Positions 30,267-39,870 of a DNA stretch of 64,000 bases are shown in pieces. The stretch covers positions 33,725-97,724 of the forward strand of contig CAKOYA010000001.1 in assembly GCA_934130325.1 (NCBI GenBank), in the 5' to 3' direction. Each line of letters begins with the position of its first letter. Positions within the stretch are counted from its first letter, which is position 1. The notes under the pieces were generated by a model that was not told where the DNA came from, made no database searches, and worked only from the letters and a program-made list of their open reading frames with translations. This stretch comes from an uncultured Clostridia bacterium (lineage in GTDB: Bacteria; Bacillota; Clostridia; TANB77; CAG-465). The position numbers and the translations under genes are program-made.

Positions 30267-31523
30267 CTACTTTAACTTTTTTCTCCTTATAATAGTATTT
30301 TTAGAAATATCATCATAAGGAATGTATAATTTTACCATCTGTCCTTTAATTCCAGGATTAATCGTATCTATTTTCTTACCAGTTTTTACATCAAACAATT
30401 TTTCGATTTTAAAACTCAAATTTTCAATACTCTTTGGTTTTAAAACTTCCATATTATCATTTATACTTAATTTATTTTTTATTTCAACTGTATATATATT
30501 ATTTTCATTTTTATCAATAACTTTAGCTCCGTATTCATAATCTAGATTGTCACTCTTACCATCAAAATCATGTATATCTTGATTTTTTTCATCAGAGAAA
30601 TAAAATTCAGATAACCCTCTAGTCTTAACTTTCAATAATTCGGGTAAATATTTGTTATAATCAAATTCATTAACCCTACTATTCTCCTTTAAAGCTATAT
30701 AATCATCAATTGCTTGTCTATAAGTTCTTACAACAGTAGCTAAATAGTAATCAGTTTTTAGTCTTCCTTCTATTTTTAGGCTATCTACCCCCATATCTAT
30801 AATGGCTGGAATTTGTTTAATCAAACACATATCCTTGGACGAAAAAATGTAAGTTCCCTTTTCATCGTAATCTAAATTAATAACACTATTTGGATTATTT
30901 ACTTCACTTGCTGTCAAATTGTACTGCCATCTACAACTTTGAGCACAATCTCCCAAATTTGCACATCTACCATTTAAATATTTACTTAAATAACAACGTC
31001 CAGAATATGCAAAACATATTGCACCGTGTATAAACATTTCTACCTGTAACTCCTTAGGTTTATTATCCATTATGTACTTAATTTTTTCTTTACTAAGTTC
31101 CCTTGCTAATATAACTCTTCTAGCTCCATATTTATACCAGAAATTAGCTGAATGTAAACTTACGGTATTTGCTTGAGTACTAATATGTATTTCCATACCT
31201 TGTGCGATTTCTTTTATTTTTTCAATTACTCCTACATCACTTGCTATTATAGCATCTGCATTTAATTCTTGTAATCTTTTAATTTCTCTTTCTATTTCAT
31301 CATAATGTTCATCATGAGCATAGATATTTAATGCTACATACACTTTTTTACCAATACTATGTGCGTATTTTATAGTATCACCTAATGTATCAGAATTCAT
31401 TTCGGCTCTTGTTCTAAGTGAAAGCTTAGATGTACCAGCATAAACAGCGTCAGCTCCATACTTAAATGCTATTTTGGCTTTTTCTAAACTTCCAGCAGGC
31501 GCTAATAATTCAGGCTTATTCAT
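30267..31523 (-). CDS. peptidase U32 family protein
   Basis: MNKPELLAPAGSLEKAKIAFKYGADAVYAG... typical U32 N-terminus; 418 aa. Confidence 0.8.
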   Translation of the reverse strand: MNKPELLAPAGSLEKAKIAFKYGADAVYAGTSKLSLRTRAEMNSDTLGDTIKYAHSIGKKVYVALNIYAHDEHYDEIEREIKRLQELNADAIIASDVGVIEKIKEIAQGMEIHISTQANTVSLHSANFWYKYGARRVILARELSKEKIKYIMDNKPKELQVEMFIHGAICFAYSGRCYLSKYLNGRCANLGDCAQSCRWQYNLTASEVNNPNSVINLDYDEKGTYIFSSKDMCLIKQIPAIIDMGVDSLKIEGRLKTDYYLATVVRTYRQAIDDYIALKENSRVNEFDYNKYLPELLKVKTRGLSEFYFSDEKNQDIHDFDGKSDNLDYEYGAKVIDKNENNIYTVEIKNKLSINDNMEVLKPKSIENLSFKIEKLFDVKTGKKIDTINPGIKGQMVKLYIPYDDISKNTIIRRKKLK

Positions 31524-31695
31524 ATTAATCTCTCCTATCTACTATAAACTATATTATACCATAATAGTTTACATATGTAAATTATTCTACAATATTTTGA
31601 ATTAAATTTTAAATTTGCTTTACAGTATATAAAATAATTGATATAATTACTTTATGTAAAATTTAACCAAATTAATATTTTAAGGAGGGATTAAT

Positions 31696-31938
31696 ATGTC
31701 TATACAACATTTCAAAAAGAACTCAGAAGTCTGTATTGGTAGTATAAAAGTAATAACTATATCAAAAATTGGTTATTACAGTAGTGTGGAAAAAGCCTTA
31801 TTAGATAAGGTCTTAAAGATTATATCAAGCGAAAAGAAAAAATCGTATAAACTAATAAACTATAATATCTTTAAAATACGTGATTTTCCTAATACACAAA
31901 CACAAGAGTATATTGCTCAAATACTACTCACTTTATAA
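31696..31938 (+). CDS. hypothetical small protein (80 aa)
   Basis: AAGGAGGG RBS 7 nt upstream of ATG. Confidence 0.4.
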   Translation: MSIQHFKKNSEVCIGSIKVITISKIGYYSSVEKALLDKVLKIISSEKKKSYKLINYNIFKIRDFPNTQTQEYIAQILLTL

Positions 31939-32000
31939 CTATAAGCTAAAAAAGGAATAGTTAAGAATATTAACTGTTCCTTTTTCATATTAATATAAAA

Positions 32001-33770
32001 TTAATTGTCTATATATACTTCCTGTTTGTTATAACTAGTATGTAAATATTTATGTGCCTTTTTTGAATTTGGAGTTTTAAAAACTTTATCATATATTTCA
32101 ATAACAGCGGGATTTTGGTATGATTTTCTATATTTACTATTTTTATCCGCTTTATATAACGCACTTGATCTTAGCTTTATGACATCTTCAGTCGAAAATT
32201 TACTTTCATCAACTATTGGTTGACCACCCCCATTTACACATCCCCCTGGGCACGTCATAATCTCTATAAAACTGTATTTTGATTTTCCATCTTTTATTTC
32301 GTCCAATACCATAGAAACATTTTTAAGACCTTGAACAATTGCAACAATATGTTTCCTATTACCAATTTGAATCTCAGCCTCTTTTATCCCATTATTTTTC
32401 CTTAAATTCTTAAAATCTATTCTTTCAATTTCTGTACCATCTATTATATAAGACATGCTCCTTAAAGCAGATTCCATAACCCCTCCAGTATTTCCAAATA
32501 TATGTCCAGCACCACTTGCAATTCCAAATGGATTATCATATTTTTCTGGAGCTAGCAAAGCTAAATTAATATTAGAAATCTTAAGTAATTTTGCTAATTC
32601 CCTTGTAGTAATAACATTATCTACAGCCTGTAACCCATTTTCTAATTTTAAATTTTCTCTTTTTATTTCAGCTTTCTTAGCAGAGCATGGCATAAGCGCA
32701 ACAGAGTATATATCTTTAGGATCAATATTGTATTCCTTAGCATAATATGTTTTTATCAGTGTTCCCATAATTTCCATTGGAGACTTTGTAGTCGACAGAT
32801 GATTTAAACACTCTGGATAGAATTTTTCAGCAAATGTTATCCATCCACTACTACATGAAGTAATCATTGGTAAATTCTTATTTTCTTTTACTCTAGAGAT
32901 AAATTCAGTCGCTTCCTCCATTATAGTTATATCTGCTGCAAGATCTGTGTCAAATACTTTATCAAATCCTAAGCTTCTCAACGCAGCTACCATTTCTCCT
33001 TGAACTAGCGTACCAATAGGAAGACCAAATTCTTCCCCAATTGCTACTCTTACAGCTGGCGCCGTTTGTATAACAACGTGTTTTTGTGGGTCAAGAAGTG
33101 CTTCTCTTAATTCAGTGATATTACTTTTTTCAGTAAGGGCCCCCACTGGACAATGTATAACGCACTGACCACATCCTACACAAGTTGAATGTTTTATTTT
33201 CATATCTAATGCTACTCCAATTTTAGAGTTAAATCCTCTATTTAAATTAGTAATAGCACACACATTTTGTACATTTTTACATATGTTTACACATCTTCTA
33301 CATAAAACACACTTTGCCATGTTTCTTACAATACATTCAGATGAACTATCCATTTCAAACTCTGGCATTTCACCCTCATACTCTAAGTCGTCTATGTTAA
33401 ATTTTTTACATAATTCTTGTAATCTGCAATTTGTATTCCTTTCACATGTAAGACATTTTTTTTCATGGCTTGAAAGTATTAACTGAAGGATAGTCTTCTT
33501 TATTTCTATTAATTCTTTAGTATTTGTTCTTACAACCATGTTATTTTCAACTGGATACACACACGCTGCTTTAAACCCTTTTATGCCATCTATTTCAACT
33601 AAGCACATTCTACAATTTCCAACTTCATTTATCCCTTTTAAATAACAAAGTGTTGGTATATCTACATTTATCTTTTTTGCAGCTTCTAAAATTGTTGTTC
33701 CTTTTTCAACAACAACATCTTTTCCATCAATAGTAAGTTTTACTTCTTCTAATTTCATAGTCTCCTCCAT
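32001..33770 (-). CDS. hydA: [FeFe]-hydrogenase catalytic subunit HydA (2Fe-2S + 4Fe-4S + H-cluster)
   Basis: N-terminal 2Fe-2S CYLKGINEVGNCRMC, ferredoxin-like CxxCxxCxxxCP motifs, H-cluster motifs TSCSSGW / MPCSAKK / CPGGC. Confidence 0.9.
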   Translation of the reverse strand: MEETMKLEEVKLTIDGKDVVVEKGTTILEAAKKINVDIPTLCYLKGINEVGNCRMCLVEIDGIKGFKAACVYPVENNMVVRTNTKELIEIKKTILQLILSSHEKKCLTCERNTNCRLQELCKKFNIDDLEYEGEMPEFEMDSSSECIVRNMAKCVLCRRCVNICKNVQNVCAITNLNRGFNSKIGVALDMKIKHSTCVGCGQCVIHCPVGALTEKSNITELREALLDPQKHVVIQTAPAVRVAIGEEFGLPIGTLVQGEMVAALRSLGFDKVFDTDLAADITIMEEATEFISRVKENKNLPMITSCSSGWITFAEKFYPECLNHLSTTKSPMEIMGTLIKTYYAKEYNIDPKDIYSVALMPCSAKKAEIKRENLKLENGLQAVDNVITTRELAKLLKISNINLALLAPEKYDNPFGIASGAGHIFGNTGGVMESALRSMSYIIDGTEIERIDFKNLRKNNGIKEAEIQIGNRKHIVAIVQGLKNVSMVLDEIKDGKSKYSFIEIMTCPGGCVNGGGQPIVDESKFSTEDVIKLRSSALYKADKNSKYRKSYQNPAVIEIYDKVFKTPNSKKAHKYLHTSYNKQEVYIDN

Positions 33771-33787
33771 AATTACAAGAGTTAAAT

Positions 33788-35614
33788 TTAATTACTAATT
33801 GCTTTAAATGGGCATTTTGTAATACATACCCCACATTTTATACATTTTTCTTGGTTTATAACAAAAGGGGTTATTCTTAATTCACCATCTATTGCACCTA
33901 CCGGGCAATTTTTTGCACATATTCCACATTTTTTACACTTTTGTGCTTCTATGTGCATATGCGTCAATGACTTGCACTCTCCTGCAGGACATTTCTTATC
34001 TTTTATATGTGCCTCATATTCTTCTCTAAAATATTTTAACGTACTAAGTACTGGATTAGGTGCTGTTTGACCAAGACCACAAAGAGATGACTTTTTTATA
34101 TTTTCAGCTAAATGCTCAAGTTTTTCAATATCCTCAATTTTTCCCCTTCCCTCCGTAATCCTAGTAAGTATTTCTAACATCCTTTTAGTACCAATTCTAC
34201 ATGGAGGACATTTTCCACACGATTCGTCTACTGTAAATTCTAAGAAAAATTTTGCTAAATTCACCATACACTTGCTTTCATCCATTATAATGAGTCCACC
34301 AGATCCCATCATAGAACCAATATTATTTAAAGTTTCATAGTCAATTTTAATATCCAAATATTTTTCTGGAATACATCCTCCACTGGGACCACCAGTTTGA
34401 GCAGCTTTAAATCTTTTTCCACCTGGTATACCACCGCCTATATCATACACAATTTCTCTTAGAGTTGTACCCATTGGAACTTCTACTAGCCCAACATTAT
34501 TAATACTTCCACCTAAAGCAAATACTTTTGTTCCCTTAGAGTTATCTGTACCTATATCATTATACCATTTTGAACCATTTAATATTATTCTTGGGATATT
34601 AGCATATGTTTATACATTATTTAAAAGTGTAGGTCTACCAAACAATCCTTTCACTGCAGGGAAAGGTGGTCTTGGCCTAGGTTCACCTCTTTTACCTTCT
34701 ATAGAATTCATTAATGCTGTTTCTTCACCACAAACAAAAGCTCCTGCCCCTAATCTTAGTTCTAAATCAAAATCTAAGCCTTTATCCAATATATTTTTTC
34801 CAAGTAGTCCTAATTTTTTAGCTTGAAGTATTGCTATTTTTAATCTTTTTACTGCTATTGGATATTCTGCACGTACATAAATATATCCTTGGTTTGCCCC
34901 AACTGCATATCCTGCAATTATCATAGCTTCAATTACAGAATGCGGATCACCTTCTAAAATACTTCTATCCATAAACGCACCTGGATCACCTTCATCTGCA
35001 TTACAACATACATATTTTATGTCTGAAACAGCATTCTTAGTAAATTCCCACTTGCGTCCAGTTGGGAATCCTGCTCCGCCTCTTCCTCTTAATCCAGATT
35101 GCCTAATTTGTTCTATTACATCATCTCTTGACATATTAAGCGCTTTATATAACGCTTGATAACCATCAACAGCTATATATTCTTGAATTTTTTCCGGGTT
35201 AATTTTCCCACAATTTCTTAAAGCAATACGTTTTTGTTTCTTATAAAAATTTAATTCTTTCCACTTTTTTATTAATTTTTCATTTTCATTTGCAAGTAAT
35301 CTTTCAATAATTTTATTTTCTAAAACTGAATTAATAATTTCTTCTGCATCTGTAGGTTTTACCATTTCATAAAATATTTCATCTGGATCTATTACTACAA
35401 TAGGTCCTTTTGCACAAAAGCCAAAGCACCCTGATTTTTCAACATAAATGTTTTTTATATTTTTAGAATAAATTATATCTTTTAAAACTTCAAACAATTC
35501 ATTACTCTTGGAAGAAGTACATCCTGTTCCACAGCAAACTAAAATCCTTTTTTGTTTTAATACATTGATATACCTTTTCTTAATATTTTCTAACTTTAAT
35601 ATATCCATACACAC
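33788..35614 (-). pseudogene. hydB: NuoF-like flavoprotein subunit HydB of bifurcating hydrogenase, interrupted by an in-frame TAA (34610-34612) at the conserved NNVET glutamate
   Basis: ORF1 ends ...GLFGRPTLLNNV, then TAA, then the same frame reads [54 protein letters not shown]...; expected GAA became TAA. Confidence 0.8.
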
Positions 35615-35620
35615 CTCTTA

Positions 35621-36109
35621 TCACTTACTATTATACTTTTCTATTAGTTCATCTACCTTTTTTACATCCATTTTTCCGTATACTTCTTTATTTATTACAA
35701 TAGCAGGTGCTAATCCACATGCGCCTATACATCTTACCGATTCCAAAGAAAATAATCCATCTTTAGTTGTCTCTCCCTCATTGATTCCAAGTCTTTCTCT
35801 AAATCTGTTTAATACCTTTTCTGCTCCCTTTACGTAACATGCTGTTCCCATGCATACTTGGATATTATATTTTCCTTTAGGTTTAAGTGAGAACCTAGAA
35901 TAAAAGGTAATTATTCCATATATTTCAGAAAGCGGTATATTTAACTCTTTTGATAAGTATTTTTGGGCATTTTCAGAAATATATCCATAATTTTCCTGAA
36001 CTTCATGTAATGCTTCAATTATACCTCCATCCATGTTTTTATACTTAATGGCAATATTTTTTAATTTATCATCTACATTACAACAAGTACACTTCTTACA
36101 TTGTTTCAT
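35621..36109 (-). CDS. hydC: NuoE-like 2Fe-2S thioredoxin-fold subunit HydC
   Basis: 162 aa; CxxxxC...CxxxC pattern CMGTACYVKGA...CIGACGLAP. Confidence 0.8.
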   Translation of the reverse strand: MKQCKKCTCCNVDDKLKNIAIKYKNMDGGIIEALHEVQENYGYISENAQKYLSKELNIPLSEIYGIITFYSRFSLKPKGKYNIQVCMGTACYVKGAEKVLNRFRERLGINEGETTKDGLFSLESVRCIGACGLAPAIVINKEVYGKMDVKKVDELIEKYNSK

Positions 36110-36119
36110 AAGCCCTCCC

Positions 36120-37133
36120 TTAATTAATCTTTTTCTTTTTTAACCTTATATCTTCACCTATAAATTTGCAAATTGTAAAATTTCCTATTAGTCTAGATAT
36201 CACCCTTTCATCATATTGTTTATATAGCTCATTAAGAGTTAGATTAGTAGATATAAGTATTTTTTTATTTTTCAAAAGTCTAGTATTAATTATATTAAAC
36301 AGCTCTGTAAATTTATTATTACTCATTGTTTCAGTTCCAAGATCATCTATAATAAGTAAATCTACATCAAATATTCTATTGTACTGTTCTTTTTGTTCAC
36401 CAGTTTTATCATATGAAAACTTATACTCAATTACCTTATCCATTAATACAGGAGCTGTTTGATATACCACAGTTTTACCACTTTCAATAACATCTTTAGC
36501 AATGCAATTTGCTAAGAACGTTTTTCCAAGACCAGTATTACCAGTAAATAACAGATTTTTTTGTTCTATATCATCTATATTTTTAACAAATTCAATTGAA
36601 ATATCTTTAATACATTTTATATTTTCTAGTGGAGATTTGTCAATTCCATATTTCTCCTTATTACTTTTATTAGAATAAAAGCCTATATCAAAAGTTTCAA
36701 AGTTTTCCTCATCTAATTTATTAATATTTGCTTGTTTATATGTTTCATTTATCAATTTCTGTTTAAAACATTTACATACCTTTAAGATATCTCCATCTTT
36801 TTCCATACCAGTATCATTACATATTTGACAATCAAACTTAGGTTCTAAATCAGATTTATTTAATCCCATTTTTCCTAATTCATTTTCATATTTTTTTTCC
36901 AGTTTTTCAATATTTAATTTCATATTCTCTTCTTCAATATCACGAGATACAGAGTCAGAATTTAAAATTTTCCTTGTTATCTTCAAAGCTTGAATGTTTA
37001 TATTTTGTTCCAATTCTGATAATTTAGGATTTTTAGAATATATTTCTTCTTTCCTTCTTTTTGCTTCATCAATCTTTATATTCCTCTTTATATCATACTC
37101 CCTCTTTATCTTTCTAAATACTTCATTATTCAA
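36120..37133 (-). CDS. dnaI: primosomal helicase-loader DnaI/DnaC-like ATPase
   Basis: LLFTGNTGLGKTFLANCIAKDV Walker A, DDLGTE Walker B, N-terminal Zn-ribbon CQICNDTG. Confidence 0.75.
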   Translation of the reverse strand: MNNEVFRKIKREYDIKRNIKIDEAKRRKEEIYSKNPKLSELEQNINIQALKITRKILNSDSVSRDIEEENMKLNIEKLEKKYENELGKMGLNKSDLEPKFDCQICNDTGMEKDGDILKVCKCFKQKLINETYKQANINKLDEENFETFDIGFYSNKSNKEKYGIDKSPLENIKCIKDISIEFVKNIDDIEQKNLLFTGNTGLGKTFLANCIAKDVIESGKTVVYQTAPVLMDKVIEYKFSYDKTGEQKEQYNRIFDVDLLIIDDLGTETMSNNKFTELFNIINTRLLKNKKILISTNLTLNELYKQYDERVISRLIGNFTICKFIGEDIRLKKKKIN

Positions 37134-37157
37134 GTATATTCACCCACTTTATAATTT

Positions 37158-38180
37158 TTACATATTATCATAAAAAGATTCTAAATCTAGGTAATCTCTT
37201 TGTTCATAATTTTGATATTTATTTTTATTATCAACGCTACGTTTAGTATAGTTCCTGGTCTTTACTGACTGCATCTCATTTTCAGATTCTTCAACATCTT
37301 TTACATCTTTAAATCCTTTTTTATGCCAATTACTCAATATTCCATTCACATAATTTAATGTAGGATTAGGTTTATTTACTGTCCTTTTTAATGCTTCTTC
37401 TATCATTGGAAAATCATAATTAAAATCTTTTATCCAAATATCAATATACTGCTCTTCATACTTTGTAAAATTACGATTAATCCTTAAACTCTTTGCAATT
37501 TTTTGCTTTATTTTTTGTACATTATCATAATTTTCTAAAAAGTCCTCTAGTTCTTCAAAAGTTTTTACGCCACCTTTATACCATGTTTCAGCTACTGCAT
37601 GAACATATTTTTTATTCAAAGCTTTCCTTTCTTGACAATAATGAAAAAGTGCTATCATTACTTCTTCCGAAAAAGAATAATTTTCAAACATTGAACCAAT
37701 ATCTGTATACCAACTAAGCGACATTACCCCTTGGAAAAAACTTTCATTTATAGCGGATGCTGCTGCTATTCTTTTACGTTCCTTTTCTGTTTGAGCCTTA
37801 TTTCTTCTTGGTTCAACCTTTGGAATATATGATTTATTTATTTCCATGTCTTTTAAATCAACTATATTATATCCAGCAGTAGTTCTTGTTATTAAATCTT
37901 CTCCTTGCAATCTTTCTATAGCAAATCCAATTTCCTGTTCAGTAACATTTAATTTTTTTGCAATATCTGCTTTATCTGCTTCTTTACCAATCTTTGATAA
38001 GAAAATCATATATATATATAATTTTAAATCAATCCCCTCAAGTGATGACATATTATTTAGTATAAACAAATCTGGTATCAAAGTATCGCCCAATTCCATC
38101 TTATTTTTCTGCACAAATTTCATATTTTTTTCTCCTAATAAATATATACGTATTATATCATTAGTTTCTTTTTTTGACAA
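37158..38180 (-). CDS. DnaD-domain replication initiation/membrane attachment protein (DnaB_2/DnaD)
   Basis: two DnaD-like repeats (...ETWYKGGVKTFEE..., ...ILSNWHKKGFKDV). Confidence 0.65.
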   Translation of the reverse strand: MSKKETNDIIRIYLLGEKNMKFVQKNKMELGDTLIPDLFILNNMSSLEGIDLKLYIYMIFLSKIGKEADKADIAKKLNVTEQEIGFAIERLQGEDLITRTTAGYNIVDLKDMEINKSYIPKVEPRRNKAQTEKERKRIAAASAINESFFQGVMSLSWYTDIGSMFENYSFSEEVMIALFHYCQERKALNKKYVHAVAETWYKGGVKTFEELEDFLENYDNVQKIKQKIAKSLRINRNFTKYEEQYIDIWIKDFNYDFPMIEEALKRTVNKPNPTLNYVNGILSNWHKKGFKDVKDVEESENEMQSVKTRNYTKRSVDNKNKYQNYEQRDYLDLESFYDNM

Positions 38181-38357
38181 TAAAATACTTTTAAAATTAC
38201 TAACAAAATCCGAGTATATATTAATTAGTTAGTTTTACAAAAATTATAACAAACTTATTTATAAATTAATACTGTTTTTTATTTTCATTTTAACAAAAAT
38301 ATTTTTCCATACAATAAATATAACAACTAGCATTATTTGTATAATGCTAGTTGTATA

Positions 38358-38702
38358 CTAACTATAAAATTTAATTTTTTTATTGAATCTTACATTCTCT
38401 AAGTTTACAAAACATTTTTTGTTTAGCATAAATTTAATAACGTTTAATAACATTTCTACCGTGCTATCATTGTTAATATTTATAGTAAATACTGCCAAAA
38501 TAGGGATAACAAAGAATAAAAATGTGCACAATTTTATATACATATTAAAGGGAGTTATTTTTACAAAGTTTAAAATAATCATTGCATATACAACTATTAC
38601 TATTAATGATTTATAGTCTATAATTCCTAAGAATTTAGCATTTCTTTTATAGTTTGAATATATTGGCTGTTCATTTACATTTTTAATATCTATTCTTTTC
38701 AC
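38358..38702 (-). CDS. small membrane protein (114 aa), last gene of VirD4-like operon
   Basis: start overlaps upstream stop; two TM helices. Confidence 0.45.
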   Translation of the reverse strand: MKRIDIKNVNEQPIYSNYKRNAKFLGIIDYKSLIVIVVYAMIILNFVKITPFNMYIKLCTFLFFVIPILAVFTININNDSTVEMLLNVIKFMLNKKCFVNLENVRFNKKIKFYS

Positions 38703-39517
38703 GCCTTTCTTTGAAGTACAACCTGAGAAATAATCTCTTTTACAAAATTATTTATTCTTAATAGTAAATATATACTTCCTAACAAAATAATTCTATAAAT
38801 AGTATCATTGCTTTTATATGCCAAAGGAATCATTATTATTAATCTTACAAAAATTTCAATAATTAAGTTAATAAATAACATCTTTCCCCACGTTTTTGAA
38901 ATCCCTCTTGTTATATTACTAAATAAACACATTACTGTAAGTGGGGAAATTATAATTAAAAAAATTATTGTAACATACCTTATAGAAAATACTATCATTA
39001 ATGAAATTGATGAAAAATTAGTTACACTTTTAATGATGCTTTCTATAGTAAATCCATCAGTTTTTACAATTTCTTCTAAATTTGTAACCTCTTTTTGTAA
39101 ATTTTCAAAGCTTGCATCATTACTAATTATATCTTTTGAAAATTCTGAAATAGTTTTATTAAAAAGCTCACTCATATTTAAAATTTCTTCACAAAGATAA
39201 TAACTATTATTTACAAGCAAAATTATAACAATAAGTTTTAATATGAAATGGCCAATATTTTCTTTCGTGCCGCCATTATACATACTAACAATTCTTAAAA
39301 ATATGTAATGGCATGCATAAAATAATATTAACGAGTTAGCTATTATAATTATTCCACTTTTACTTACATCAAGCATATCTTTTAGAGGTTGCTCTTTAAT
39401 AATATTTGAACTAATAACTAATATTTTGTCCAGTAATTTAAAAAAATCTTGTCCAAAATTTAAATTTAACTTTTCTATAGCTCCATTTAATGTATTTAAC
39501 ACATTTGTTGTTTCCAT
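38699..39517 (-). CDS. polytopic membrane protein (272 aa, VirB6/TrbL-like topology?)
   Basis: 5-6 hydrophobic helices; overlaps neighbours; no motif recognised. Confidence 0.4.
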   Translation of the reverse strand: METTNVLNTLNGAIEKLNLNFGQDFFKLLDKILVISSNIIKEQPLKDMLDVSKSGIIIIANSLILFYACHYIFLRIVSMYNGGTKENIGHFILKLIVIILLVNNSYYLCEEILNMSELFNKTISEFSKDIISNDASFENLQKEVTNLEEIVKTDGFTIESIIKSVTNFSSISLMIVFSIRYVTIIFLIIISPLTVMCLFSNITRGISKTWGKMLFINLIIEIFVRLIIMIPLAYKSNDTIYRIILLGSIYLLLRINNFVKEIISQVVLQRKA

Positions 39518-39870
39518 ATTATATAATTGAATCTACAAATTTTAAAATCATATCTATTGAAATAATTATCGCATATCCGTAGAATTGCATTTATAATTAT
39601 CTTTTTTCCTATAACCATTTTTTCTTCATTTCCCATACTAAATTTTCTTATAAGGACTCCACTTGCAATAGCAACACCAGCTGCTGGCAATGAAATTTTT
39701 ACAAGGTACCCCTGTATCTTTTTTAATGCCGAATTTACTTTAGTTACTAATGTAGGATCTGTTGCACCAAAACAACATGATAAACTAATCATAAATATTG
39801 CAACTGCAATAAGTATTATATTAAACTTTTTTAATTTTATATTTTTAACTATTTTCTCTATAATTTTCAT
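39496..39870 (-). CDS. small secreted/membrane protein (124 aa, signal peptide + C-proximal TM; pilin/VirB2-like topology?)
   Basis: IILIAVAIFMISLSCCFGA signal-like N-terminus, second hydrophobic helix AAGVAIASGVLI. Confidence 0.4.
   Translation of the reverse strand: MKIIEKIVKNIKLKKFNIILIAVAIFMISLSCCFGATDPTLVTKVNSALKKIQGYLVKISLPAAGVAIASGVLIRKFSMGNEEKMVIGKKIIINAILRICDNYFNRYDFKICRFNYIIWKQQMC

Noticed and set aside
10765-34612. Possibility that the in-frame TAA codons are recoded (suppressed) rather than stops
   Set aside because: TAA is used as the ordinary terminator of many adjacent intact genes (for example recA, rpsB and the sortase). The three tRNAs in the window have normal anticodons (UGU, UUC, UUU). 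It is therefore treated as nonsense mutation or sequence error unless a suppressor tRNA is found elsewhere.
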